Of a stretch of 64,000 nucleotides of DNA, positions 27,051 through 36,462 are shown one piece after another. Position 1 is the stretch's first letter. The number at the start of each line of letters is the position of its first letter. The notes under the pieces are model-generated. The model was not told the origin of the DNA. It ran no database searches and was given only the letters and a program-made list of their open reading frames with translations. Source of the DNA: Candidatus Doudnabacteria bacterium (lineage in GTDB: Bacteria > Patescibacteriota > Doudnabacteria > UBA920); NCBI GenBank assembly GCA_963837465.1, contig CAWINB010000004.1, positions 458,853 through 522,852 of the forward strand, read 5' to 3'. The position numbers and the translations under genes are program-made.

Positions 27051-28508
27051 TTAGTTTCCCTGCACTTCAAACCCAAAGCCCTCAGTAGTGGCCGCAGGAG
27101 TATTAGCATTCAAAGTAATTTGGAAGGTAAAATTACCACTTTGGGTAGGTGTTCCAACAATAAAGAGTCGGCAAGTGTCAGTTGGGTCAGGTTGTCCAGT
27201 TATGTTAGCCAAGCTAGTAGGACCTCCAAGACTTAGGCCGGGTGCCAAACCTTGCGAAGTGGTTTGTCCATAATAAGAAGCGCAGGGAGTGAAATCCACG
27301 CTTCCTTTATAAGACTGCCCTAGTATAGCTACTGGTAAATTTGGATTAATAAATTTATAGCCAGATGGGCTTGTATTATTGGATACAGTATTATCAGTTT
27401 GGGTGTTCGTCGATTGTGGGATCGGGGTAGTATAATTACTAAAATTTGATGGCTGCTGATATTGCGTTTGCATTGCTCTCTTCATATAAATGCCAGGCAG
27501 AGCAAACATAAGATAGAAAATACCAACGACAAAAGCAATTAGGATTAATGACATTATTATTATCAAAAATTTACTTGATTTATCTGAAGGTATTTCAGAC
27601 TCACCTTTGATAGATTTTAAGTTTGCGTAGAGCTGATAACAATAGGCAGCAAATACTGGAGGGAATAGGGCATATAGAACTATTTCTACTAGCAATAATA
27701 TTAGAGTACTAAATAAAGCCGCGGCCCCTTTTAAGAAAGTTGAGAACAATATGATTAACAATAATACCGCAAGCCAGAGTATAATTAAGCACATCCCAAT
27801 AAACAGCAATCGCCAAAAAATCGGCCACCAGTAACCGCGGGTATAGTCGAAGCTGCGCCTGGCTGCGGGCAATGCTTTGGCGTTATCCCCAACCACAATG
27901 AACGTAGAAAGACAAAAACGAACACTTAAATAGGCGGTGGAGATTATACAAAGCAACCCTATAAAATATCCGAGATAGACGGGTATGGCGACTCCATAAA
28001 TTAAGGAAAATACTACTGTTGCCGCCACATATAAAATAATAACTCCGGTACTGGCTAACCCCGCAACAACAGCAGCCCCAAAAAATGAACCGATTTTATG
28101 TGATGATTGCTTAAAAGATTCTTTAAAACTAATATTTTCACCTGCTCCTTTGATTGCAAATATTAAGGCCGTTTGAGACCAAAAAGTAATAAACAAAACT
28201 GCAAGATAAACTAGTACCGCCAATATTATCCCCGCAAGTGCCGTTGCGCTACTAAATCCTGCGCTAAGCTTTAACGCTAAAAATAGAAAACTTGTGGCAC
28301 TAAAACCGCCGATTACTACAATAAAATAACCGAGCATTAAAGCGATTGGCAGCAATGAAATAAAAATTAAAACCCAAAAACGGCTTTTAAAGATTCCCCA
28401 AGCTTGCTTGAATATTACAGTAGGGCCTGGTAATTTTGCACCCTGCATACTCTTTGATTCAACCGGGGAAGGCTGGGAGGTAGGTAGGTTTATGTCATTA
28501 TTTTCCAT
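27051..28508 (-). CDS. polytopic membrane protein with C-terminal extracytoplasmic Ser/Thr/Gln-rich domain, function unknown
   Basis: About 8 hydrophobic helices after FKQAWGIFKSRFWVLIF, then a secreted-looking C-terminal region. Confidence 0.5.
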   Translation of the reverse strand: MENNDINLPTSQPSPVESKSMQGAKLPGPTVIFKQAWGIFKSRFWVLIFISLLPIALMLGYFIVVIGGFSATSFLFLALKLSAGFSSATALAGIILAVLVYLAVLFITFWSQTALIFAIKGAGENISFKESFKQSSHKIGSFFGAAVVAGLASTGVIILYVAATVVFSLIYGVAIPVYLGYFIGLLCIISTAYLSVRFCLSTFIVVGDNAKALPAARRSFDYTRGYWWPIFWRLLFIGMCLIILWLAVLLLIILFSTFLKGAAALFSTLILLLVEIVLYALFPPVFAAYCYQLYANLKSIKGESEIPSDKSSKFLIIIMSLILIAFVVGIFYLMFALPGIYMKRAMQTQYQQPSNFSNYTTPIPQSTNTQTDNTVSNNTSPSGYKFINPNLPVAILGQSYKGSVDFTPCASYYGQTTSQGLAPGLSLGGPTSLANITGQPDPTDTCRLFIVGTPTQSGNFTFQITLNANTPAATTEGFGFEVQGN

Positions 28509-28647
28509 GGTTTTTGTTTCTAAAGCTTAATTTTGTTATATTATACACCTTTTTGGTTATAAATAAAACAAAAAAGTTTTCCAGTGCCAGATGGCCAAGC
28601 AACTTGCCTCTGGAAAACTTTTTATTTTTTATATCAGATTAGTTTTC

Positions 28648-29385
28648 TTAAACAGGTTTTTTATATTGGTGGTTAAACTTTAGACCCCTTTGCAGGCCAG
28701 TAAGAGTTATTGTCTTAGGTACATAGTGAACAGCTACTTCTTCCCAACCAATCTTAAGTTGTTCAAAGAACCGCATTACTTCCTCAAAGCAATTTTTATA
28801 TTTGCCACTGACGACCCAAGCATGCGGAACTTGCGCCCAATCTATTACATTATATATGGTACTGGATTTTGGATGGTTAAAGCTATGTCGTATTTCTTGC
28901 AACTCTGAAATTAAAGCCGAATAACCTTTATTATTAATTAAATCCGGCTTATTGATTATTTTCGTTATTATGTGCCTAAGTTTTTGACTTAATTCTTTTT
29001 TTTCAAGTTGGGCTAATATGGCTGGAGCGCTATTTGCGTATACATATCTTAAAATATTTAAGCTATAGTATTCAAATGTCAGATATGTATGTATTACCAA
29101 GTTAAACCCTTCTTTATAAGAAGCAGTATTTAACTCCGCGTCAGCTATTAACCGAGAATTAGTTTTTGCATTTGGTTCCGTTTGTAAAATCTTTTGTTCA
29201 ATATCTTTAAGTTTTTCATAGGCATCGTTTGCAAAGTTAAAATGCAATGTCCAGTGTATTGGCCAACCAAAATTTATTACCCCCATTTGATGGTGCAAAA
29301 CAGTCTGGTTAATCATAACCGTAGACCCTTCTTTATGGGGATGAGCTAGGTTTTGGTCGCTTTCGGATTTAATTTGTTTACCCAT
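28648..29385 (-). CDS. hypothetical protein with C-terminal Rx4H (EIRHSFNH) HEPN-like motif
   Basis: 245 aa, predicted all-alpha. Last gene of the AT-rich minus-strand block, 25 nt downstream of the NTase gene. Confidence 0.4.
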   Translation of the reverse strand: MGKQIKSESDQNLAHPHKEGSTVMINQTVLHHQMGVINFGWPIHWTLHFNFANDAYEKLKDIEQKILQTEPNAKTNSRLIADAELNTASYKEGFNLVIHTYLTFEYYSLNILRYVYANSAPAILAQLEKKELSQKLRHIITKIINKPDLINNKGYSALISELQEIRHSFNHPKSSTIYNVIDWAQVPHAWVVSGKYKNCFEEVMRFFEQLKIGWEEVAVHYVPKTITLTGLQRGLKFNHQYKKPV

Positions 29386-29410
29386 AGTTTTTAGCTACTT
29401 AATAATTCAT

Positions 29411-30184
29411 TTACCAAATTGCTTGCTTCCAAGAGCCATTTAAGGTATCTACGGCCGCCTGCTGAATTGTCTTTTTTTCATCTGCCGTCAGTTCATCTGA
29501 GACAATATTACCGGAATTAGATGGGTCAACCATAGTTTTATCAACAAAATCATTTGCCAGATAATTCATAACAGTAACGAAATTAGCAGAGGGGCTACCG
29601 CCTAATAATGATTTACCCTTTAATGCTTCAATAACAGACAATTCTAAGTAAAATGAGGGAAAACTTAAGTCCCTAAGCTTTCTCCAAATTTTAATTGCTT
29701 TTATGTCCAATATACGGCCTGAATTTTTTACATAACTTATGTGTTGGTCAATATTTGTTTTTGTCCAACTTTGAGCTTTTCTTTTCCAAACCGAATGGTC
29801 ATATCCCAAAATATGATGCTTTACACCCGCTACAATATCTACTTTTAATCCGCCATGATTAATCCCCAAAGAAACATTTTGCTCTCTAGCAGTATAACCT
29901 GCGCCGTTGAGCCTATTTCGAAGTGTTTTGTATACGTTTTCAAGTGTGTTGTAATCACTAACTGAGGGGTCGAGAGAAATAAATAGATCTATATCAGTTG
30001 TGCCAGTGATTCCTGTTCCTTTAGCTAGGGATCCAGACGGTTTTATGGTATATGAAAAGCCATTTGCCCAGGCAAAAATATGAGGGTTTAGTTCATTTAT
30101 TTTATCCTGAACCAAATAAGTAATGTTGGGTGTATGCATCACCACTATTTGCCGAATATAATTATCGCTCATAGAATTTTTCAT
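29411..30184 (-). CDS. polymerase-beta-superfamily nucleotidyltransferase (minimal SMODS/CD-NTase-like core + helical C-terminal domain)
   Basis: PSGSLAKGTGITGTTDIDLFISL (hG[GS]-x11-DhD) and a downstream third acidic strand GGLKVDIVAGV. Overlaps the upstream gene by 23 nt. Confidence 0.6.
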   Translation of the reverse strand: MKNSMSDNYIRQIVVMHTPNITYLVQDKINELNPHIFAWANGFSYTIKPSGSLAKGTGITGTTDIDLFISLDPSVSDYNTLENVYKTLRNRLNGAGYTAREQNVSLGINHGGLKVDIVAGVKHHILGYDHSVWKRKAQSWTKTNIDQHISYVKNSGRILDIKAIKIWRKLRDLSFPSFYLELSVIEALKGKSLLGGSPSANFVTVMNYLANDFVDKTMVDPSNSGNIVSDELTADEKKTIQQAAVDTLNGSWKQAIW

Positions 30185-30680
30185 AACTCGTAGTTACCAT
30201 TGAGGTTACTACATCATTAAGTAATCTTCCCCTAAAATTTGTAACTGCTGTATGCCTTTTCCCATCTAATTTTTTCATTTGATCCGTAGGAATTTTATCT
30301 TTGTCATACGGAGCATAAACAACTAATGCGCACTTGTCTGGTTTGATATCCAAAATTTTATCAATCTGCTCTGTCCAGTCATGCCAAAATACCAGATACA
30401 CTGAAGCTTTTTCCGCTCTTCCGAGATCATCATCTCCAGTAATAAGTATTATATTTTTTTCTTTGAATAACCCCGAATCACAGAGCAAGCCCTGTAAGCT
30501 GGTACTGTTATCCCCCTTAGCAAAAATAGCAATTTTTCTTTTTGCTAAACCATTCCCTAACCTATAAAGAGCGGGAGAAATACCCCTAACCCATAAAACA
30601 ATTCCCCAAATAATCACACCCATAAGAACAATTGTGTCGGCAACGCCTACTATAGCAATAATTATTATTAAAATATTCAT
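30162..30680 (-). CDS. membrane-anchored protein: ~30-residue hydrophobic N-terminus (1-2 TM) + C-terminal Rossmann/flavodoxin-like alpha/beta domain (TIR/SLOG-like guess)
   Basis: MNILIIIIAIVGVADTIVLMGVIIWGIVLWV then alternating beta-strands KIAIFAKGD, NIILITGDDD, VYLVFWHDWTEQ, CALVVYAP. Confidence 0.5.
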   Translation of the reverse strand: MNILIIIIAIVGVADTIVLMGVIIWGIVLWVRGISPALYRLGNGLAKRKIAIFAKGDNSTSLQGLLCDSGLFKEKNIILITGDDDLGRAEKASVYLVFWHDWTEQIDKILDIKPDKCALVVYAPYDKDKIPTDQMKKLDGKRHTAVTNFRGRLLNDVVTSMVTTSYEKFYER

Positions 30681-30962
30681 ATTTTTGAATTAACTTTCTT
30701 TAAAATTAAAACCAGCAACCTATAAATGAAGTTGCTGGTCTTGATTTCCAAAATAAGATTTGGCGAAGCTAAAAACTGCAGTCGTTATAGCTGTAGATTG
30801 GCAGTTTTGTTCTGCTGATTTTGTTTTTGCGCGAATGTAGACATAACCACTATTTTGTGGTTGCCTCTTATGACTAGCCATATTAATTTTGACTTTAATT
30901 TTTTGGTTTGCATTTTAACTAAGTGCATTTTAGCAAAAATTAGCAGACTCGTCAAGCGAGTG

Positions 30963-31601
30963 CTAATAAGTAATATTTCCACCGCTTGCCTTGATTAGCT
31001 GAAGTAGCCTTGTTAATTCACTATGTTCAGGCGGGGAAACTTTTATATCGGTCATTACTTCGTCAACCATAGTTTTCATATCCAGAAGTCTTATTTCGCA
31101 ACCAGTTAGGTTTTGCTTAAACAAACTATAATTTTCCCATTGACCTCTTAATTCCTGGTCAAATTTTACGCAGATAACATAAAAAGTAAAGCAATCATCG
31201 CCTGTCTGTTTCTTAACTTCTTGCTTTAAAGCTTCTGACCAGTCTTTTAAAGCCACCTCCCTAAATATTTTTTTGGTTTTAACGAAATCTGCTTCAATTT
31301 CTTTAATACAATTTTTTATATTTAACCCCGTATTCCAACTTTTACAACTTGCTACGCAAACTCTTGGCAGATTGTTTTGTTTAGGTTGAGGGTGTACAGC
31401 AATAATATCAATATCAGAAGATACGGCAAATGCCGAACCTTTTTTATTTGGCCTATATCTTACATTGTGCTGAGTAAAGTAGCCTTTGTATCTAAAATAC
31501 TCTTCGCCTAATTGTTCTAAAATATCGTTGACCATAAAAAGCAATAATTTGATTTGAGATGCGACGCTCCTCTCCAACCTTGTTGGCTTGGTTGAGGGCA
31601 A
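30963..31601 (-). CDS. hypothetical protein (KKGSAFAVSSDIDIIAV acidic strand; possible degenerate NTase or nuclease fold)
   Basis: 212-aa ORF in the same AT-rich block. No confident family. Confidence 0.45.
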   Translation of the reverse strand: MPSTKPTRLERSVASQIKLLLFMVNDILEQLGEEYFRYKGYFTQHNVRYRPNKKGSAFAVSSDIDIIAVHPQPKQNNLPRVCVASCKSWNTGLNIKNCIKEIEADFVKTKKIFREVALKDWSEALKQEVKKQTGDDCFTFYVICVKFDQELRGQWENYSLFKQNLTGCEIRLLDMKTMVDEVMTDIKVSPPEHSELTRLLQLIKASGGNITY

Positions 31602-31631
31602 AATTACTACCTAATTATTTTGGAATTTTTA

Positions 31632-31862
31632 TTACCAAACCCAACCTGCAAATTGGTTAGGCTGATGGGTTATTGCCATATTGCAAAGGCTGACGCCGTT
31701 TATAAAATTATAGTTTGGATTACTTGTCTCGTTGACTTTCGCATTTGATTGGTTGCATTCAATATACTCATTAAATTTTTGATTTTCGATGAAGCTGTAT
31801 GCAAACCAGGCTACCACTAGTAGTAACATAATTTTGAACCAGTTATTTTTGACCCAGGTCAT
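31632..31862 (-). CDS. small N-terminal-TM protein
   Basis: 76 aa, WFKIMLLLVVAWFAYSFI helix, 31 nt upstream of the 212-aa gene. Confidence 0.35.
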   Translation of the reverse strand: MTWVKNNWFKIMLLLVVAWFAYSFIENQKFNEYIECNQSNAKVNETSNPNYNFINGVSLCNMAITHQPNQFAGWVW

Positions 31863-32155
31863 ATTTTGTTCGTTAATGTTCTTGGTGCCGGAGCGGATAA
31901 CACAAAGCCCGCCGCGGAATTCAGCGAACGGCGTGCGGCGTTAGACCGCGCAGATAACGCTACTGTGGATCAGATCGCTACAATTGGAAAACTTTTACAG
32001 AAACCTACACAGAGTTATACATCAGCGAAGTCAGAAGAGAAAAAACGTTTTCTTGTGAAGTCGTTGGTTGGAAAACTTTCTTATGACGGAAAAAAGATAA
32101 CAATCCATTGGTTAAAACAGTATGAAGTGATCGCGAAAAGACCTAAGAATGACCT

Positions 32156-32229
32156 TGGTCGGGCTGCTGGGAATCGAACCCAGTCTATCTGCTCCCAAAG
32201 CAGACGTACTACCGGTATACTACAGCCCG
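32156..32229 (-). tRNA. tRNA-Pro (anticodon TGG), CCA encoded
   Basis: Reverse complement cgggctg-ta-gtat-accggta-gtac-g-tctgc-tttggga-gcaga-taga-ctggg-ttcgatt-cccag-cagcccg-a-cca. Perfect cloverleaf, G37. Confidence 0.9.
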
Positions 32230-32309
32230 ACGTTTTAAGACGTTTTTTTAGTTGAATCTCAAGCGGTTTTTAATATTTCCGCCAATATCAACCTTAATTA
32301 TCTATCTTT

Positions 32310-32415
32310 TTGTTCAATAACATTGAACAAAGAATATCATTTTAGCTGCCATATGGCAAGCTGCCATTATAGCGCCATTTTTAGTTTGACGCCTTTGTTA
32401 ATAAGGCTGTATATT
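32310..32415 (+). promoter_or_regulatory. perfect palindrome TTGTTCAAtaacaTTGAACAA (32310-32330) and sigma70-like promoter (-35 TTGACG 32386-32391, 17-18-nt spacer, -10 TATATT 32410-32415) upstream of the first giant surface-protein gene
   Basis: Read directly. The same TTGAACAA half-site recurs upstream of ppiB and between rel/fpg. Confidence 0.5.
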
Positions 32416-32465
32416 TAGAAATATAAAGAAAAATAGGCAAGAAAAATTTTTTAAACAATATCAAT

Positions 32466-35400
32466 ATGGTAAAAAGACCGGGCTTATTCGGAAAGGGATG
32501 GAGTTTTTTTCCGGCGTTGTTTTTTGGCGGCCTTGTTGTCCTTTCGTCGCTGCTGTTTTTGCCCAAAGCGGCCTATGCCTCCGGAGACCGCTATTGGGTT
32601 GGGGGAACTGGAAATTGGTCCGACACTTCCCATTGGTCGGCAATCAGCGGCGGATCGGGCGGCGCGAGCGTGCCGGACAACTCGACCAACTGTTATTTTG
32701 ACGCAAGCTCATTTTCCGGCAGCGGCCAAACCGTAACTTTGGATGAAAGCGGCGGGTGCGATACTATGGATTGGACCGGAGCGACAAACTCCCCGACATT
32801 CACGATGAGCAACCCGCTGACCATCGGCGGGTCTTTCACGCTGACAAGCGGCATGACCGTCAACGGTCTTTCCCCAGGCATCACTTTCAACTCCCTGGGC
32901 ACGAACACAATTACTTTGGCCGGACACGCTTTGCCACTTATCAATGTTGAGATGATTTTTGCGGGCGGGGGTACCTGGACGCTCCAGGATGCCTGGAATA
33001 TGCCCAGCCTTCAGGTATATATGGCACAAGGTACACTCAATACCAATAACCAAAATTTTCTGGTTAGGCAGATATACGATAATACCAATAACGATGGCGG
33101 CGGCCTTGATGACCCCGGTAACGTTACGGTGAACTTCGGTTCTTCAAACGTTACCATAATTGATACTCTGGCTCTGGCCTTAGACAGTACGACCTTGATA
33201 GGCACTTCATCGAACATAACCATAGCCCCCGATGTTGATAATACGATATTTTTTGTCAACGGTACCGCTCAATTTAACAGTTTTCACGCGGAGGCGGGAA
33301 CCCCATCCGAACCCACCAGTAATAGACTGCAAACCTTTGGAACAATCTTTGCCGATACCCTGACCCTTGACCCCATCGGAACCTCCACCTGGCCGGTGGG
33401 GGCATTTGAGACGGATGACTTAGTTTCAAATGGCAATTCAGGGAACCTGGTCAACATCAGCGGAAACTTTCAAGCTGAGGCTCAAATATCCGCAGATTAT
33501 TTGGATATTACCGATTCCACCTGCTTGGGCGTTACACCCTGCTATGCCGGGACGCATAGTGTCGATGGGGGCGGGAATGCCAACTGGATTTTTACAGCTC
33601 CCCCTCCTCCGGACGTAATCTCCGTTACCGGACAAAACCCCGCTTTGGCAACCACCAGCACGCCCTCAATAACCATTAATGGTTCGGGGTTCGCCCCAAC
33701 GCCTACGGTTACTGTGGGCGGCACAGCCGCGACCAATGTTACATATGTTGACGCGGGCACCCTTACTGCCACAGCTCCGGCAAAAGGGCTTGGTAGTTAT
33801 GATGTGGTGGTAACCAACCCTGACACCAGCACCGCGACTTGTGCCGGTTGTATGCTTTACGTCAGCGCGCCCGGCGTGCCCACTGATGCAACCTCGACCC
33901 CCGGTAACGACCAAGCCTCCCTGTCATGGTCTGCTCCTGTTTCAGATGGCGGCTCTCCTCTTATAGACTATCTGGTGCAGTACAAACTAAGCGCTTCATC
34001 AACTTTTGACAGTACCTTTGACACTAACTCAACGAGCACAATGACAATTGTCACCGGCCTGATGAACGGATCAAGCTACGACTTTGAGGTTGTGGCGGAA
34101 AACGCCGCTGGCAGTTCAACTCCCTCTAGCATTGTTTCGGCTTCGCTCGCGGCAACGGTTCCGGACCCACCCACTTCGGTTTCCGCCACGGCCGGCAACG
34201 GGCAGGCGGTTGTATCATTCTCGGCTCCGGACAATGACGGTGGCTCTCCGATTACTGCGTATACTGTAACCAGTAATCCGGGCAACATTACGGCAACAGG
34301 TTCTTCCAGTCCCATTACCATAACCGGCCTGACTATTGGCGTTGGTTATACTTTTACTGTTACAGCCGGCAACACGTTGGGGGACTCCGTTTCCTCGAGT
34401 CCTTCAGGCACCGTGACCCCGTTTGTACCCTACGCGGCTTCGGCGCTTTTGGGCCAGGTTGATGGCAGCGGTAACCCGCTGTGGACAGACTCTGGCTCCA
34501 ATAACTCTTCTGGCTCGGTTAACCTGCAGGGATTCCATAACCCTTCTGATGTAACTGTTGACTCTGTGAACCATCGCCTGTTTGTTTCCGATACGGGCAA
34601 CAAGCGAGTTTTAGTATTTAGTCTTGATACAACCGACAACATTGCCTCAACCACTGCTTTGTACGCGCTGGGAAGCGGCATTAGCAGCTTTGAGCCGGAA
34701 TATCTTTCCTATGACCCAATAAACCAGCGTTTGTTTGTCGGCGATGACGGCAATCAGACAGTTGAGGTATTTAACGTCGCCACCTCCACCATCAGCGACA
34801 GCGAGAGTCCGGATAATACCCTGAACTATCTGACTGATAATGGGGCTGTTCCTGCTGGTTTAGCTTACGATTCCGTAAACCAGCGTTTGTTTGTCGGCGA
34901 TGACGGCAATCAGACAGTTGAGGTATTTAACGTCGCCACCTCCACCATCAGCGACAGCGAGAGTCCGGATAATACCCTGGACTACCTCGCTGATAGTGGG
35001 GCTGCTCCTATTGGCCTGGCTTACGATTCCGTAAACCAGCGTTTGTTTGTCGGCGATTATAATAATGAGACAGTCTACGCTTTTAACGTCGCCACCTCCA
35101 CTATCAGCAACAGCGAGAGTCCGGACAATACCCTGGACTACCTCGCTGATAGTGGGGCTGCTCCTATTGGCCTGGCTTACGATTCCGTAAACCAGCGTTT
35201 GTTTGTCGCTGATAATAATAATGACACAACCTGGGCTTTTAACACCTCCACCTCCACCATAAGCGACAGCGAAAGTCCTGAAATTTACTTACCAAACGGC
35301 GCAAGAGGAGCGGCTACTCAAAGCAGCTTTCTTGAAAACGCAGGTCTTGCTTATGACAGCGGGAATTACCATCTGTTTTTGGTTGACCAGAATGCCAACC

Positions 35401-36416
35401 GGGTCATGCAGTTTAACCTCATCAAACTTACAACCGGCAGTCTTGCTTCGGCAACTGTAGGTTCAGCCTATTCCCAAACTTTAACCACTGCTTTCAGCCA
35501 AGGCATAGTTGCCTTCTCCCTTTATGCCAGTTCTACTCTGCCTTCCGGTTTGGTCTTAAATTCTTCCACGGGTGTTATTTCCGGCACTCCCGCATCCCCG
35601 GGAACGTATTCTTTTGTGGTTGAAGCCGATGATACTATTGGTGGAAACGGAAATTTCTTTGACCGCCAGCCATACAGCATGACCGTTTCCGCGCCCAGCC
35701 TCGGAGGAGCAGGCGGCGGTGGAGGTGGCGGCGGTGTATCTTACGGCAGCGGGAACTACACCCCTCCCGCCAACCAACAGCCAGCCTCCAGCCTTCCAAC
35801 TTCCTCTCCCGCGTCATCCCTGCCTTTTATGCCTTCAGCCCCTGTGTCTGCTGCCCCAAACCTAAAACTCATCAATAACAAAGGCACCTTTTACTTCATT
35901 GACAACGGCATTAGCTATGGTATTGCCAACCCGGGTATCCTAAACAGTTACGGCTTAACCTTTAAGGACGCGGTTTCTCCCACAGCGCAAGACTTGTCCC
36001 TGCCACAGGGCGGTCTTCTCACCCCTGCCGACGGTTCCCTGGTTAAAACTTTAAAAGATCCCACAGTTTATTTTATCAGTAACCAAACCAGGTATGGTTT
36101 TACTTCAGCCAAAGTCTTTTTGGCTTTAGGCTTTAAGTTCTCCTCTGCCCTGGTGGTCACTACTCCCGAACTCCAGGCCTTGGCCGCAGGCCCTGTTATT
36201 AAAGATGCTACAGCCGCCCACCTGCCCGGCACGGACATAAATTATAAAGGCACCATCTACTACATAGGCAGAGACTATTTGAGACACCCCTACCTGTCTT
36301 TAGCTGTTTACAACTCCTGGAATATTGCCAATAATTTTAGTGCCGTTGTCCCTGCCAACGCTGCAGATTTAAAGCTGGGAGCGGGAAGCGCCGTAAGCCA
36401 GAGAACTTTAAACTAA
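32466..36416 (+). CDS. giant secreted surface protein (1316 aa): signal peptide, beta-helix-like Gly/Thr/Asn repeats, IPT/TIG-like and FN3 domains, NHL/YVTN-type beta-propeller repeats, Ig-like domain, Gly/Pro/Ser linker, C-terminal triple ~55-aa repeat module
   Basis: Signal MVKRPGLFGKGWSFFPALFFGGLVVLSSLLFLPKAAYA. FN3 (ASLSWSAPVSDGGSPLIDYLVQY). Repeated LAYDSVNQRLFVGDDGNQTVEVFNV units. Three C-terminal repeats (GTFYFIDNGISYGI..., TVYFISNQTRYGFTSAKVFLALGF..., GTIYYIGRDYLRHPYLSLAVYNSW...). Confidence 0.8.
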   Translation: MVKRPGLFGKGWSFFPALFFGGLVVLSSLLFLPKAAYASGDRYWVGGTGNWSDTSHWSAISGGSGGASVPDNSTNCYFDASSFSGSGQTVTLDESGGCDTMDWTGATNSPTFTMSNPLTIGGSFTLTSGMTVNGLSPGITFNSLGTNTITLAGHALPLINVEMIFAGGGTWTLQDAWNMPSLQVYMAQGTLNTNNQNFLVRQIYDNTNNDGGGLDDPGNVTVNFGSSNVTIIDTLALALDSTTLIGTSSNITIAPDVDNTIFFVNGTAQFNSFHAEAGTPSEPTSNRLQTFGTIFADTLTLDPIGTSTWPVGAFETDDLVSNGNSGNLVNISGNFQAEAQISADYLDITDSTCLGVTPCYAGTHSVDGGGNANWIFTAPPPPDVISVTGQNPALATTSTPSITINGSGFAPTPTVTVGGTAATNVTYVDAGTLTATAPAKGLGSYDVVVTNPDTSTATCAGCMLYVSAPGVPTDATSTPGNDQASLSWSAPVSDGGSPLIDYLVQYKLSASSTFDSTFDTNSTSTMTIVTGLMNGSSYDFEVVAENAAGSSTPSSIVSASLAATVPDPPTSVSATAGNGQAVVSFSAPDNDGGSPITAYTVTSNPGNITATGSSSPITITGLTIGVGYTFTVTAGNTLGDSVSSSPSGTVTPFVPYAASALLGQVDGSGNPLWTDSGSNNSSGSVNLQGFHNPSDVTVDSVNHRLFVSDTGNKRVLVFSLDTTDNIASTTALYALGSGISSFEPEYLSYDPINQRLFVGDDGNQTVEVFNVATSTISDSESPDNTLNYLTDNGAVPAGLAYDSVNQRLFVGDDGNQTVEVFNVATSTISDSESPDNTLDYLADSGAAPIGLAYDSVNQRLFVGDYNNETVYAFNVATSTISNSESPDNTLDYLADSGAAPIGLAYDSVNQRLFVADNNNDTTWAFNTSTSTISDSESPEIYLPNGARGAATQSSFLENAGLAYDSGNYHLFLVDQNANRVMQFNLIKLTTGSLASATVGSAYSQTLTTAFSQGIVAFSLYASSTLPSGLVLNSSTGVISGTPASPGTYSFVVEADDTIGGNGNFFDRQPYSMTVSAPSLGGAGGGGGGGGVSYGSGNYTPPANQQPASSLPTSSPASSLPFMPSAPVSAAPNLKLINNKGTFYFIDNGISYGIANPGILNSYGLTFKDAVSPTAQDLSLPQGGLLTPADGSLVKTLKDPTVYFISNQTRYGFTSAKVFLALGFKFSSALVVTTPELQALAAGPVIKDATAAHLPGTDINYKGTIYYIGRDYLRHPYLSLAVYNSWNIANNFSAVVPANAADLKLGAGSAVSQRTLN
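34724..35300 (+). repeat. near-identical 156-bp (52-aa) tandem repeats, 3 full + 1 partial copy, inside the giant surface-protein gene
   Basis: Period 156 bp verified (copies start 34724, 34880, 35036, 35192). Copies differ at only a few positions. Confidence 0.85.
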
Positions 36417-36433
36417 AAATCCGATAATTTTTT

Positions 36434-36462
36434 TGACAAATATCAATAGTTGTCTTATAATA
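36434..36462 (+). promoter_or_regulatory. consensus sigma70 promoter TTGACA-17-TATAAT, ~720 nt upstream of the second giant surface-protein gene
   Basis: ttgaca (36434-36439), 17-nt spacer, tataat (36457-36462): perfect match to consensus. Confidence 0.6.

Noticed and set aside
31866-32255. 129-aa plus-strand ORF as a bona fide gene
   Set aside because: Its 3' third is antisense to a perfectly folded tRNA-Pro. At most a truncated remnant (reported as a low-interest finding).
32498-33053. Several 60-114-aa ORFs on both strands inside the first giant gene (similar ones inside the second)
   Set aside because: Embedded in or antisense to long, repeat-rich coding sequence. Shadow ORFs produced by GC-rich repetitive codons.
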